A program made the position numbers and the translations under genes. A model generated the notes under the pieces. The model was given only the letters and a program-made list of their open reading frames with translations, searched no databases and had not been told where the DNA came from. DNA of 64,000 bases from contig OX597828.1 in the NCBI GenBank assembly GCA_951406725.2, positions 10,540,001-10,604,000 on the forward strand, written 5' to 3'. The stretch's first letter is position 1; each line of letters opens with the position of its first letter. Shown here piece by piece: positions 28,890-43,489 of this stretch. This DNA comes from Octopus vulgaris. Lineage: Eukaryota.

Positions 28890-30110
28890 TGGCTGACACA
28901 AACAGTACCACAGAAATTATACACCTTGCCAGAAAGCCCTAATCCGATCCCTGTTATCTACTGGTGAAATGCCCCACGGTGAATCTCATCATCACTTAAT
29001 TCATTTGGGCCATTATGATTGTGAATACTTCCGTTGGTAAATGGTAGTACTCCAGAAGCTTGTAAAGCACGCTTGGGCACGCTTTGGCAAGATATACTAA
29101 TGCCTGTTGATTTTTCACAATCTCAAGAATGAAAGGCCTTCTAAAAACTAAAAACTTCTCCGTTCTGAAAAATATTTAATGGTACTCCAAAAACTTCTAT
29201 CGTGTAGTTGTGTTTATTGAACAAAGCATTGAGGAAAATTTTAACAAAGAAAAGATGCGAGTCTCAGAGAAAGAATTTGCATGGAATATAATAGCTAAGT
29301 TGATGTTGACATTTTTAAAGCAGATAACATTTAACTGCAAACTAGCTATCCTTATACAGTGAATAAAAGAAGAAAAAAAACTATTAGCTGACAATATTAT
29401 TGTTTTAGTAAGTGATGCAGTTCTGGGCGTTATTTGTTATTATAGTGATCATATCTGAGATGCATAAACCAAAATATACAATATTTCGTCCGTTTTACAG
29501 TAAAAATATTGAAACCTCACACGCAATAATAGAACAGAACAGACTTACTAAACACACAGCATCATTCATTCTTTCGATGCTATTAAATACGTACATTTGT
29601 TTTCTCTAGTTGAAGCATAGTCGTAAACCCCTTAAAGAAACATATACTCACATTGTAGCGCCAAAATTTCTGTCACCCGCTCTTTTCACTCCTTTATAAA
29701 ATCACTTTGATATTTCAACAAGCAGAACTCAACAGCCGATTACCGAAATGGATTATTGTTAAGTGTTCAAGATTAAGCTCAAAAACTCATAAATCACAAA
29801 CAAGAAACATTAATCGAATTTATTGGCAATTTTTCATCGAGTTACAAATATCTGGGAGATAATAAATCATTGTATTCAACCTTTAGCCTTCTGTTGTACC
29901 ATACTTATTTAACTTCGCGTAATTTCACATTTTTAGCATCAATGATTCTGGTGAATCTCGGCAGCCAAATCGTCGACATATTCGCGAACATTCCAACACT
30001 TTGAACATTCAGGATAGGCTTAGAAGATTTCCTTGAAGTTTAAATACAGAAACTTACTTTGGGGAAATTAACAACAAAGTAGAATATGCAATAAATAAAA
30101 ACTAACTTCG
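28890..30110 (-). pseudogene. Decayed Cys-loop/nAChR-like receptor gene, near full span
   Basis: STIWLPRF (~29953-29976), VWYNRRL, LDEKLPINSINVSC, SIFLL*NGRNIVYFGL (M1-M2 link), hydrophobic M3-like ORF 29197-29394, GFLARCIISVVLFV (M4-like). Confidence 0.45.
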
Positions 30111-30190
30111 ATCGAACTCGATATTACTCACTCTCTAAATATCTTTCTCAATATCACACTGTCCATTTCTGTGTGAATTGTGTTTGTATA

Positions 30191-30287
<97 letters not shown>

Positions 30288-30759
30288 ATTAATATATATA
30301 AATTTACATGTATCATATACATATATAGATATGTATATATACATATCTATATGTATATATACACACAAATATACATGCATATAAATATGTATATATATAT
30401 GCTTATATATAATCTATATATATGTACATAAGTTTGTATGTATGTATTCTTATCTCACATACGCTATCTATCTGTCTATGAGCTCCTAGTCTACATTTAT
30501 ATAAACGAAAATATGTGTGCATGCGCGTATATGTGATATGTATAAATGCTTGCATGTTTGAAATGTTCACACATGCGCAAACACCAATACTTATATACGG
30601 ATACATTGCACTTGTGTCCTTATATACACATATACTTCTATATATACATATGTATATGTTTGTGAGTGTGTGCGCTCTCCGCGTACAGGTATGTGTACTA
30701 ATATACATATATATGTATGAATAACTAGTTATACAAAAAAGAGGCCAGATGACATAGGC

Positions 30760-30808
<49 letters not shown>

Positions 30809-30894
30809 AAGAAAGAACTAGATATATAGATAGTTAGATAGCTAGCTAACTAGATAGATAGATAGACGGATAGATAGGTAGATAAATAGATATT

Positions 30895-30958
<64 letters not shown>

Positions 30959-31314
30959 CGTCCTTTGTGCAATCTCACAGCAAAGCATACATACATACAT
31001 CCTAACACAAAAAACACACACATGCATATAGAAGTAATGTAATTTTTTAGGTCCATTTGTCCGGAAGTGCAACCAATGAAAATTATATAAAATGACTGAA
31101 CACATGACTGCGACAGCATTTGGGTAAAGCTATTTCCATTTTGTTAATGTCGAACAGCATGAAGAATAATGCATATTATATACGAGGTTTTTCATTGGGG
31201 ATTAAAGAATAACATAGTTATTCCGTTTTTCTGCATATGTGTGTGTGCGCATGCGTGTGTGAATGTGAGTGTGTGTGTGTATGTGTGCGTGCATGTGTGT
31301 ACACATACATATAC

Positions 31315-31367
<53 letters not shown>

Positions 31368-31637
31368 TATATACATACATATATATATAGATATTTATAT
31401 ATGTATGTGTGTATGTATTTATGTAGAGAGAGAGAGGGGGCAATTAGATGTATATATATTCTTTTATTCTTTTATTTGTTTCAGTCATTTGACAACAGCC
31501 ATACTGGAGCACCGCCTTTAAACGAACAAGGACTTATTCTTTGTAAGACTACTACTCATTCTATCGGTCTCTTTGCCGAACCGCTAAGTTACACCAATAT
31601 CAGTTGTCAAGCGATGGTGGGGGAACACACACACACA

Positions 31638-31696
<59 letters not shown>

Positions 31697-31844
31697 GGGG
31701 GGAGAGAAGAAGGAATGTTTCAAAGAATTTGATATCAGTTGGGATGTGAATATCATAGAAACTACATAGTCAAAGCAAATGAAACTAAACAGGTTAACGT
31801 TGAGTATCATGAGATTTATTCCTCCAAATTTGAATGAGAAATTC

Positions 31845-32618
31845 AAAGGTATGTTGATTCCATAAACGATTTCTTGCAGATGGCGCTGAGCACATTTACT
31901 TTTGGTGAGTCTCTCTCGTGCTCAACTGTGGCATGGTGATTGTCATCGCCCCAAATGCGAACATTATGTTTATTGACCTTTGCATTCGTATGAAATGTGG
32001 CCTCGTCACTGAAAATAAGACGTTCCTTGAGCTTGGCTTCTATAAGTTTCTCTTGCATATCAACACAGAATTGTTTGCGCTTTCGCTTCTCATCTGCTGT
32101 TATTGCCTGAACGAGCCGCAGCTTGTAGGGTTTCATTAGCAAGCGCCCTGAGGACGTGCCCAACTGTCATTGGAGGAATCTAGTTTTCCAGACATGTTCT
32201 TATGGACTTCTTTGGGGCTTCGAAAGAATTTTTAGCAAACCCGCTCGACCGACTTTTCAGATGTTAGTAGTCGTCCAGATGTTAGAGGTTGTCCTTTTGA
32301 CCTGCACAAATAGCCTTCCTCTTTGAATGTTGTGCTATGTCCATCATTGCATTGCCGTTGCTGAATTTGTAGCGAATTCTTAAACAAAGGTACGCTGCAC
32401 AGTCTTCTTCGACTGTGTCCGAGCATACTCCAACACACAAAACGCCTTTTCTCTTCCAGTGAATGCTATTTCTATACCTGAACAGATAAACATATCAAAC
32501 ATTAAACATAACATTTTATGTTGTCCCTACGCATGCTGTTAAGATTTGGAGTCATTTGTACAAGAACCGGCAAAGCTATTAGATTGCGGAATGATATCAA
32601 ACTTTTTGAAACACCCTA
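31845..32618 (-). mobile_element. Tc1/mariner fragment, rosa/VS (DD41D)-like, 5' part
   Basis: IFSDEATFHTNAKVNKHNVRIWG..EHERDSPKVNV. TIR-like end ..TTTTTGAAACACCCT followed by TA at ~32618. Confidence 0.8.
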
Positions 32619-32663
32619 TACATATATGTATACCCCACCCACACACACACTTATATATGTATG

Positions 32664-32704
<41 letters not shown>

Positions 32705-32709
<5 letters not shown>

Positions 32710-33427
32710 AGCTTCCTTCAGTTCTCGTCTACCAAATCAGCTCATAAGGATTTGATCGGCCTGAGACGTGCCCGTGGTGCCACGCAGGGGGACTTTTCCC
32801 GGAATCATGAGGTTGGTAAGGAAGATTTTTACCACACACCCATTCCTGTGTATAGACATAGGAGTGGCTTTGTGGTAAGAAGCTTGCTTCCCAACCACAT
32901 TGTTCCGGGTTCAGTCACACCACGTGATACCTTGAGCAAGTGTCTTCTACTATAGCTTTAAGCCGAACAAAATCTTCTGAGTGGATTTGGAAGGAGGAAT
33001 TTGAAAGAAGATCTTCATATATATATTTTCTTTTTTCTTTTTTTTTCTTTTTTCTTTTTCCTTGTTTCAGTCATTTTGACTGCGGCCATGCTGGAACACC
33101 GCCTTTAATCGAGCAACTCGACCCGAGACTTATTCTTTTGTAAGCCCAGTACTTATTCTATCGGTCTCTTTTGCCGAACCGTTAAGTAACGGGGACATAA
33201 ACACACCAGCATCGGTTGTCAAACAATGTTAGTGGGACAAACTCAGACACACAAACATACACACACACATATATACGACGGGCTTCTTTCAGTTTCCGTC
33301 TACCAAATCCACTCACAAGGCTTTGGTCGGCCCGAGGCTATAGTAGAAGACACTTGCCCAAGGTGCCACGCAGTGGGACTGAACCCGGAACCAGGTGGTT
33401 GGTAAGCAAGCTACTCACTCACACAGC
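32705..33427. mobile_element. Cluster of SINE family 1 copies (minus fragment, plus fragment, full minus copy 33055-33427)
   Basis: Diagnostic family-1 body and tail in both orientations. Confidence 0.85.
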
Positions 33428-33853
33428 ACATACATGCACATATACACACACACATACTTCCACACACATACACACACGCACATACATACGTCAGACGCGC
33501 ATACACGCGCACACACACATGCACACACACATACAGACGTACACACGCATACATACACACACGTCCACACACACCCACGCGCATGCACGGAACAAAACGC
33601 ACACATAGCCCGACACACACACATCTCCACGTTCACACACACATATACATACGCATGCACATGCATACTTCATCACACGATACTCCACTACATCCTAACA
33701 AATAATAAGAACGAGAATCAGGATAACTCATATGTGATGGCAGTGCTGTGTTCATAGTATACTACGAATATTCATGCTCAATCTTACTCTCTTGTGTGGT
33801 TAGGCCGCCATGCTCACGATCGCTAGATTGCATGTTCGGTTCTCTGACCGGGC

Positions 33854-34369
33854 CGTGAAATGTACGAGAGTTCCGTACCTCAGCTATGAACTCATTTGCA
33901 TATAGCCGATCAGAGCTGAACTGAGCACATAACAAGTGATGAGCTATAAGATAAGTCCACTTGGGTAAGGAATGACCATGCTTCTTTTCTCTTCTAATAA
34001 CACTTGTTTTTGTTCCTGTTTCAATAATGGCTGTCTCTGCGTAGTTATTTGTATTGTTTGTTAAATAGTAAGAGCAGAGGGTTGCTAGCACATTACCTGC
34101 TACCCATATTTTTTCCATCCACATCTTACCGTATGTGGCCCTAACAAAATCTGATAATAGATACAAATGCAAATCTATCTAATTACTTGTCTCCTAAAAT
34201 CAAGAATAACTTGGCGATCGCTCGACTTACAACACTGTTTTTCGTCTTGAATTTACTTAGTAGAGTGTGTTTGTTAACTTGACAACAGGGTCAAGGTGAG
34301 CTCTGATTGACTGTAGTCAAATGGGTTTATTACTGGAGTCCGAGACTCCCGTGGGAAAAAATTTCGCGA
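33854..34369. mobile_element. Pair of ~75-bp inverted arms (MITE-like ends), copy 1
   Basis: 33854-33925 and 34291-34369 are inverted homologues. The same two arm types recur at 50776-50852 and 51361-51437. Confidence 0.65.
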
Positions 34370-34651
34370 CCGGGCTCCGTGTTGTGTTCTTGAGCAAAAT
34401 ATTCTTTTTCACGTTGGTCAAGTGGACGTGCGCAAGTCGGCAGAAATGCTTTACGGTACATCATTCGGCTCTTTGCATTCTAAGTTCAAATCGCACCTGC
34501 CTGAATAAGGCAACGGGAAACCGCTCTATCATTCATCCCAAGTGAAGTTATAGACGACAGTAGTCACACTAGTCTACTCAAAAAGTAACGTACGAACCCT
34601 TCCCTGTTGTGTAGATAAGTGCCGGAGAAAGGTTAACGCGCAACGACGTGC

Positions 34652-34827
34652 ATAAGAGCAAGCCACCACTAGACAATGCATGTATGTATGCATGTATGTA
34701 TGTATGTATGTATGTATGTATGTATGTATGTATGCAATCATGAGTGCACATGAACTCATGATTGCATACATACATACATACATACATACATACATACATC
34801 CATTGTCTAGTGGTGGCTTGCTCTTAT
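34652..34827. repeat. Near-perfect 176-bp palindrome with (TATG)n/(CATA)n arms
   Basis: ATAAGAGCAAGCCACCACTAGACAATG...CATTGTCTAGTGGTGGCTTGCTCTTAT; centre GCAATCATGAGT-gcacatga-ACTCATGATTGC. Confidence 0.95.
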
Positions 34828-35028
34828 AAGAATTCTTTTATTATTTTATACCTTTTAGCCTTAAGGCTGTGGCCGTGCTGCAGCACCACCAAATGTATAC
34901 GCACATACACAGGCGTTCACACACACCCGCGCGCGCATAATATATATATATATATATATATATACTAATACAATTGTTTGTTTGTATTCCACCTGCCTTC
35001 GTCTTTTGTCTAATTTCATAAAGCTTCC

Positions 35029-35098
<70 letters not shown>

Positions 35099-35109
35099 TG
35101 TACACACTC

Positions 35110-36080
35110 GTAAATTCATAAAGTTTGAAAGCCCTTCATAATTGGTGACCACATATCCTTCTTAAAAATTTCCAGATTTAATATATGTTTACGGAAATAC
35201 ATTTTTGCAAGTTAGAAACTTATTTATGAAATTTCGAACATCTTTATGTTAGTGGAGTTTCGGATCATTTCCTATTCTCCCGATTGTGTGGTTTCCTATT
35301 TGTCTTAGAAATACACACTGGCATTTTGTAAAAATATATTAACGTTGTCCAATGCGTAGAATGCGTAGAATTCAAGTGTCAAACGGAGATATTTAAAAGA
35401 TAAGGGGGCAAATGCTGAAAGTACGCTTTATTGGGGGTAACTTTTGGGCGAGTGAGAAAAATTAAAACCTCTCCGAGAAAACTGTCTTCGGAAATTTTAT
35501 CAGTGAATTAGATGTTAGAAAATAGCGCAATAAATGTAATCATATCCTAAAAAATATATTTTTGCCATGTAAATTAAGTGCAAAATTTATGCACACGAGT
35601 GCATGTGTGAGTGTCTGTGTGGGGAACGGGGATGGGTTGCGGTGTTTGTATCTGCTGCCAATGAACAATTTGGGGTTCATAAGCCCACAAAAATGCACAG
35701 CGGACGAACTCAGTTCGCTATTCCGTCAAATTTAGAGACGTTAGAACTACACACGTTATTTCTAGATCACACACATTTGCATATACATCAATCATTCGCC
35801 TTATTAGCAGCAAGTTTCGTAAACTAGAGTTGGCAATTTATTTTAAAAGAAAACTTACGTAACACACTTCATAGCATTTGAATGAATTCCTTCAATATAA
35901 GAAATATTTGCCTCTTTGCTCTAAAACAATATTGGCAAATCTTAAACAAGTATGATATTTCTATTGAGTGGAACGTAGTGTAATGGCTTTTAGATTTGCC
36001 AGAATGAAAATGGAATCATTGGTCACATTCTTAAACAGTTCTTTCTTTAATCACCTATTTGACTCAGCTTATTAACTTTC
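35110..36080 (+). pseudogene. Decayed Cys-loop/nAChR-like receptor gene
   Basis: PIVWFPICLRNT (35280), EFKCQTEIF (35368), MLENSA, MNNLGFISP, SGRTQFAI, IEWNVV*WLLD (35963, pre-M4). Confidence 0.45.
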
Positions 36081-36839
36081 GGTTTTCTTACTTCATCTCA
36101 CACGCTTTCTTACTTTTTCCCTCTCGTTCCTATGTTTCCTAATACGTACGTTCGTATTTGAATACACATACGTACGTACACACATAAGTTTACGCAAACA
36201 ACTCACACACATGTATTTAGAAGTGTATATAGATGTAAGCAAATACACAAATAAATATAGAAACGAGTGTGTATACGCACGCGTATATATTCCTTTCTTT
36301 TCACTTTCTTTCTCTTCTCTCCCCCCCTCTCTCTCTCTTTTCAATTGTATTTATACATTTACACACTCTAACGATAATTTCTCTGATGATTTGAATTAAA
36401 AGCATGCTTCCGACGCATTGCTAATGCTCTTGGAAAATGTGTGAACGTTACAACTTCCCATATTTCTCTCACCCCATTTTGCAATGTTCGTAACAACACA
36501 TTAATAAAGTTATTGCTGTACTCATTATACAGCTCATTACACCGTCTACTAATCAATCAAGCTCACTTAACTATCTATCTTCATTGCACCGCTCTCTTCC
36601 CTCAACAGATTGCATACACCTTACCATCGTTTAATTTATTCGTTATTCTGTTACTGTTAATTTTTGTTGTTAATATTTATGTTCAAACTTATGTATTGCT
36701 CTGTAATGCTGTTTTCTTTATTCCTGTTATTGTTGTTTATCCCTGAAGTTACGTATTTGAAAATGTTCCAGTCACTTCTTCAACTACGTCTATGTATGTT
36801 GGCCTTAAATTTTGGCACAAAGCCAGCAATTTGTTTATT

Positions 36840-37135
36840 CCTTCTCGAGCCATGCCTGGCTCATAAGGGCCGGTTTCCCGGTTTCCTTGGCGTATAGGTT
36901 CCCCACCTGGATGGGACGCCGGTCCGTCGCAGGTGAGCTGCAAGATGCAGGAGGAAGAGTGAGGAGGGAAGTTGTGGCGAAAGAGTCAGCAGAAGTTCGC
37001 CATTACCTTCTGCCGGAGCCGCGTGGAGCTTAGGTGTTTCGCTCATAAACACACACCTAGCCCGGTCTGAGATTCGAACCCGCGATCCTTCGACCGCGAG
37101 TTCGGTACTGTAACCACTAGGCCATGTGCCTCCAC
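36840..37135 (-). mobile_element. tRNA-derived SINE family 2b (OR2-like)
   Basis: Head related to family 2a with a different 3' half (CCTGCGACGGACCGGCGTCCCATCCAGG..GAAACCGGGAAACCGG). A near-identical copy lies at 52583-52876. Confidence 0.85.
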
Positions 37136-37242
37136 GCCAGCAATTTAAGGGGTGTGTTCTAAGTCGATTACATCAATCGATCCCTGTGTTCACATTCTAC
37201 TTATGGCTAAGTAGACCATGGCGGAATTTGAACTCAGTACGT

Positions 37243-37550
37243 GTTGGCACTCCGTCGGTTACGACGACGAGGGTTCCAGTTGATCCGATCAATGAAGCAG
37301 CCTGCTCTTGAAATTAACGTGCAAGTGGCTGAGCACTCCACAGACACGTGTACCCTTAACATACTTCTCTGGAATATTCAGCGTGACACAGAGTGTGACA
37401 AGGCTGGCCCTTTGAATTACAGGCACAATAGAAACAGGAAGAAAGAGTGAGAGGCAGTTGTGAGGAGAGTGTACAGCACGGTTCGCCACCACCCCCTGCC
37501 GGAGCCTCGTGGAGCGTTTAGGTCTTTTCGCTCAATAAACACTCACAACT
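37243..37550 (-). mobile_element. SINE family 2a, 5'-truncated
   Basis: Reverse complement of 3840-4140. Confidence 0.85.
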
Positions 37551-38249
37551 TTGTCACACTGTTCCCCGTTTTTTAATACACTAGGTCCATGTTTGCTGTT
37601 TAGTAAAAGTTATTCCAAGTGTGACGATACTATACATGTAAAGGTATTATAAGACTACATAAAGTATTGTTTTATTCTTATTTAAAACTGTTTGGTTTGA
37701 TTTTAGGGGGGTTTAATGCGTCTTTCCAGCAGTTCAAACGACCACAGAGAGGTATTTTCATTGGTTCGTACCATAATCTCCCTGTCTTTCACTCTTTTAT
37801 TTAGCTCATTTCTCTAACCGCCGTCTTATTTACTACTAACAGACGTTATTCTTTCAAACAAATTTCTTAGTCATGCATTTTACGCCTTGCTATTTCTGTC
37901 TGCTTATTTAGGCATTTCTGCTTCACTCTCTCACCCTCCTTATCTGCCTGTCTGCTTGTCTGTCTCTCTCTCTCACTATCTTTTTCACTTCCTCTTTGCC
38001 CCATCTTCACCTCCATTCAATTTCTCTCTACAATTTTTCATATATAACTGCATTTATCAGCTGATATTTTTCTTCAATATCTCCTATTATATTCTCCAAG
38101 CAAACATGTATTTGACTCTCACAATTTTCTTTGTTTCTATTTTCCGTTTGTTTTATTACATTTAGTTTTGTACAATATTTCTCATTAACTACATTCATTT
38201 CTTCTTGAATGTTGTTCTCATTAGACTGATCCATTCTAATATCTGACTC

Positions 38250-38990
38250 TTTTCCATGATAATGTGTTATTATTCATCTTGTTTCAGCTATTGGTTGTTT
38301 GTGTATTTATAACCATTCTTAATGTAGTTACTATTGTTGTGTTTGGTATTATGAATATCCATTGAAAATTCTTGATCCCAATTGACACGAAGTCAGTGTA
38401 AAGACCAGCTTAAGATTTATTGCTCCTTATCTGTTCTAATACTCTTTCTAATCTCTGAGGATATTGCAACAGAGAAATAATGTACTACACTAATTTATAG
38501 AAATCGTATGACATTAAACCTACCTCTTACTTGATTGATAAGAGCAACTTAGCTGGTAAATAGTAAATAGCCTTCATACGTGTTCAATGGATTCTCGGTC
38601 TTTCTTCTTAACGACCATTTATATCGGAATGTTCACACCGACAACGAGCAGTGCAATAGAAATTGAGAATATTAATGTTAGTTTCCAACCTATTTGTTTT
38701 AATTGTTCGCGTCATTTCAGAAGAAGAAGGCTATTTCCATAAAAAGCTCTCTGTTATGCATAGAGTGAGATATGAATTATTTGCTATCAGTGACCATAGT
38801 TTAAAAGGACATATGTTTTATAACAGTAGTTTATCTTGCCAGCTTAGATATTGTCTCATATTCTGTGACTAACATATGTCTTAACCAACAATATATGAAT
38901 AATTATGGACCACTTCGTGGAAAACAAAGAATAATAATGATTTATTTGAGAATCGTCCTTTTTATTAATACTTAATGTGTTGTTTCCGCG
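38250..38990 (-). pseudogene. Decayed Cys-loop receptor fragment
   Basis: YLSWQDKLLL*N (38821-38850; ~LxWxDxxLxW), ESFLWK (~LWKPD), then a Cys-containing segment. Confidence 0.35.
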
Positions 38991-39249
38991 TTAGATCGTA
39001 TATTCTCTCTCTCTTTCTCTATCTATCTATCTATCTATCTATCTAGTTTAATACAGAAAGACAGAAGGATAGATTAAAACAATACTTTGCAGATTCGTGA
39101 TATCAACATTTGAATTTCAGAAATAGGACACTTACAAGTTGAAAAATGAGACGCAAAACAAAGGAAATATCATCAACCAACGACGATGAACATAATTTTT
39201 AGTATTTGCAAAGATGTCCTCATTTTTAATGGCACTATAAGATAAGGTA

Positions 39250-40150
39250 TTTCACACTAAGTGCCGACTGTCTTTTCACAAGAATGTTCTTAGGAGTTTT
39301 GTTGTGAGAAGTGTAGAATCTAATGTTTCTAGCTTTGCTCTTGTCACTTGGAAACTAAGATTCTCAAAATTCCTTATAGACTAAATGTTGCGTTTGCAGA
39401 CTGTTACCAGTCATCTAAGTTTACAGTTTTAGTCTGGTCACTCTTAACATTAATTTAGATTCGAAAAGAAGAAAAAAACAATCACGAGAGTTTCTTGTTT
39501 CAAGGTAGCACATAACAATATGCCGTATTCTTTAGAATGTTATCTGCAAAGTCTAACTCAGCGGTCTCTAAGCTGTTATATACTACTGTGCTTGATGAGT
39601 TATACTACTATGATAAGCCCATCCAAGGACAATTCTAGTTTTGTTTTTTTCCTGTCAGGTTTGTTTACTAGTCTGTAGTGCAACACTTTCATTTGATTCG
39701 TAAAAAAACACTGTGGTTACATTTCTTACAGAAGGGTAATAGACAAAAGATCCCTTAATGAGAAAAGGATAGAGAGGAAATGAGAGAGAGAGAGGGGGGC
39801 GGTTGAGCAAGAGAATGGAAGAAGAATTGTCTCCAGTAGTTTATCGACCTCGAAAAGATGACAAGCAAATTTAGTAGCTTTTTCAGGATTCGAACACAGA
39901 TTGCAGAAAGCGGGAAGAAAATGTAGATGTTGTATCTCCGTCTATAAAGACTGTCAGCTTGCCGTGTCTCATTCATATCCCTACAATATATAAATGTTCA
40001 GCAGAAAACGATTTCCCTTCACGCTGCTCTTATTGCACCAGTGATTGCAGTCGCTATCCAGAAAAACATATTACAAGCAGTTTGAAAATAAGAACGATAT
40101 TTAAATAAATTCACAGATTCAAAAGAAAGAACACCGAACATTGCCTGGAA
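39250..40150 (+). pseudogene. Decayed Cys-loop receptor gene
   Basis: LQTVTSHLSLQF, LDELYYYDKPIQ (Cys-loop-like), IAESGKKM at 39900 (~LPxESGEKM). Confidence 0.35.
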
Positions 40151-40274
40151 ATTATTAGAAGTGAACTGAACAATTCAGTCGTTCTTCCTGAGTTCAAATC
40201 CTGCGAAAACACAATTATCTTTGATCCCCATGCTTAAAATTTGTCGAAATATGGAAAAATTCATTCTTCAGAAT

Positions 40275-40475
40275 AATGGCTTTGCAGAATCGTTAGAGCG
40301 TCTTACAAATTGTTTGGTAATATTTTTTCGTTCTGAGTTCAAATCACAGAGGAGTCAATTTTTCCTTTCATCCTTCTGGCATCGATAAAATAAAGTACCA
40401 TTCAAGTTCTGAGGTTATTGTAATCGATAAATTCGCATACTTTCCCAATTACTGGCCCGTACCTAAATTAGAAAC
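40275..40475 (+). mobile_element. Degenerate SINE family 3
   Basis: CAGAATCGTTAG..GTTCTGAGTTCAAAT..CCTTTCATCCTTC..ATCGATAAAATAAAGTACCA. Confidence 0.7.
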
Positions 40476-40599
40476 GGTTATCTATGCACACATATTTGTA
40501 TTTATTTTCAGAAGTTATGTTATATATTATTGCAGCTGAAATGTTTTGCCATATCCGCTCTTTTATCAGTAGAATTAATATAACACATTTATCCTGATG

Positions 40600-41560
40600 C
40601 TTTCTATCAATGTTTTGCACGTGATTCTTGTTCCTTACATTTGTTTATGTTTGAAAGTATGTTATCTCATTTTAAAAAGCCAATAGTATTCGATCGAGAA
40701 GATATTACGTCCACAAGACAGCTTACGAAATAGCTGTTACCATGTCACTAGAAAGTGGGATGGCCGTCTAGAGAAATGAAGATTTATTACTAAATCAAAC
40801 AAGTTTTAGAAATTTGTCAAGGTGGCAAATTGATGGAAAAGATATCTATGTCCTGTGTCCTTAAAAATACCCCCTGCAGAGCAAAATTCCTAGACATTTT
40901 CGATTGTATTGACAAGTACTGCTCAAGTTAGACAGCACTTATCGAATTCCTAGTGGAGAGATTTATATAGTATCGTTATAAACAAACATTTTAAATCAAT
41001 GCTACGAAAGCGTGATTCTTTATTCTTTATATTCAAAAGAAAAGAAACTTATAAGATAATAATACCTTGCTTTTTTCTTCTTCTGTATAGTCGGAAGACA
41101 ATCTACTCTTTGTACATCGAAACTTATCAGATTTCTAAAGTTGAAGGAACATTTATGAATTTATGTGAATTCTTATGAGAATTCTAAATATCGACTGTGT
41201 TATCTTCATTCTTGCAGTTTTAAGTAGCTAAACATGTTAGTAACAAAAGTGTTTTCGACTAATTTTCAATGAGTGTAAGTGTGTGACAGGCACCGTTTCT
41301 CATAAGTTAAGAAAAGTGGTGGAGCGAATTCCATAAAGCCGTTTCGGTTCCCGTTTACACAGAATTTATTTCGTTTATGCGTTTAATGCCAGGTGGAGAG
41401 AAATAACTCTTACATAATATTATTTGTGGCACTGGTTGATAATTTATCCTGATTCTTTTGTAAGTAGACGATAAGTTGTAATAGAACTTATTTCGGATCC
41501 TCACAAAGAGAAGCTTTGCCATGGTTGCGGTAGAGAATCCATACGCTCTAAAACTGTTAC
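40600..41560 (+). pseudogene. Decayed Cys-loop/nAChR-like receptor gene
   Basis: In order: EKILRPQ (40696), IAVTMSLESGMAV*RNEDLL..LSRWQID, PSGEIY, NQCYESVILYSLY (Cys-loop), YENSKY (41174), MPGGEK (~41386-41403). Confidence 0.55.
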
Positions 41561-41698
41561 ATACAAAGTTACCATGAATTCAAATAGCATCGCTAAATTG
41601 CAACTCCAATTTGCCGTGATCTTCATTCACTCTCACTTACCATTTCTATATATCAGTATATATATATATATATATATATCTGTGTCTGTGTGTGTATA

Positions 41699-41903
41699 CA
41701 CTGGGTGGTGCTGTAAATTTCCTGGGTTTAAATGTGTCACGAAAGGTCCAAGCTCGTTTACAGGGATTAAAAAAAATGAACGATTGCTGCAATAAGGAGT
41801 GTGTGAATTTGAGAGGGGAGTATGTTGAATAAAATTATAATTAACTGAATCTCCTGTATTTTGATTTATCCAAAGCCAGGAGCATTATATTAGCACACCC
41901 TCG
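41699..41903 (+). mobile_element. Mariner-derived MITE
   Basis: Imperfect TIRs (GGGTGGTGCTGTAAATTTCCTGG / CCAGG..TAGCACACCC) with TA flanks; internal ECVNLRGEYVE* transposase C-terminus. Confidence 0.7.
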
Positions 41904-41906
41904 TAT

Positions 41907-41941
<35 letters not shown>

Positions 41942-42334
41942 GCTAGAGAGAGAGAGAGAGAGTGAGAGAGAGTGAGAGAGAGAGAGAGTGAGAGAGAGAG
42001 TGAGAGAGAGAGTGAGAGAGAGAGAGACTACTGATATAATACATTTCTTTGTGTATGTGTATAGGTATATATATGTATGTTATTATTATTGTTATTCAAC
42101 TGTGTTAAATAACAATAATAATTACAACAACAATAATAACAATAATAATAATGCATACACCCACCCACACACACACACACACATACACGCTCACACAAGT
42201 AAGCACATGAATGCAAAACAAGGTGGAGAAAAAGTACTCAAGTAACAAATGTAGTGTAATTGGCTCGCGTATGTCCGAGGAATGGTAATGGGAAACTCTA
42301 AGTAACAGTTTGTGCTGCATTTAGTGTCTTTTGA

Positions 42335-43489
42335 TTTATTATTCGTGTTTCTTAATATGTTTTGCTAAAATTGTTGTTTCTTTTCAGATATCATCAGAAA
42401 AGGGTAATTAAAATTCATTAAAATGACAGATCTATCGGACTTTCAAAGAGGTCAAATTGTTGGTGCTCGTATGGCAGGTGCTAGCTTAACGAAAGCAGCC
42501 GAAATGTTTGGTCTATCAAGAAGTTATGTCTCGAAAGTAAGGACAACCTTTGAGAAAGAGGGGAAAACCTCCTCGTCGAAACAAAACTCCGTAACAAAAC
42601 CAAACCTTTCAGACTCTTACGCGAATTGTTAGAAAGTATCACAAAATTACAGCTCCCCAAATCCCTGCAGTGCTTAATGACCACCTCAAGAACCCAGTTT
42701 CCATAAAAACTGTTCACCGGGAGCTGCACAAAGCCGGATTTTACTGGAGGGTAGCAATCAGAAAGCCACTACTTTCAAAAACAAACTTTTCAAAGCGTTT
42801 AGAGTGGAGTAAATACCTACAGAATTGGTCCCTAGAGCTGTGGAAGAATGTTATATTCTCGGACGAGTTATCCTTTACCTTAGTTCCGACCAACAGCCGA
42901 GTATACGTGTAGAGATAGCCAAAAGAAGCATTTGACTCAGACTGCCTTCTTCCAACATTTTAATACGGAGGACGATCTGTGATGATCGGAATGGGGGCTA
43001 TATCTTGGAAATCCGCCGCCCCAATGGCTTGCCTTCATGGCAGAGTTAATAGTCAAGTCTATGCATTTTATCAAATCGAATTCATCCTATGGTTGCAGAA
43101 CTATTTCCGGAGGAAAACGCAATCTTTCAGGTTCATAATGCACCAATTTACACATCTGAAGTTGTTACTGAATGGCACGAGGAACATTCTAGTGAAATTG
43201 AACATCTTATCTGGCCACTACAGTCCCCAGACCTCAATATTATTGAACATTTATGGTGCATTTTGAAAAAAAAATTAAGAAGTCGATATTCTTTACCATC
43301 ATCACTACGAGAACTGGAGACTGTTTTAGTTGAAGAATGGACAAAAATTCCTTTAGAAGCAATTAAAACTTTGTACGAGTCCATAACTCGCAGAATACAA
43401 GCTGTAATTACTTCCAAAGTATGTCCTACCCCATATCAAAATAAATTTGTTTGAAATTTTAAGGTGTTTCCATTATTTTGTCCAACCCC

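Noticed and set aside
27150-28890. Coding-like higher-GC tract
   Set aside because: Weak hints of both LINE endonuclease (TFNIQG) and receptor-like residues; cannot be assigned by eye.
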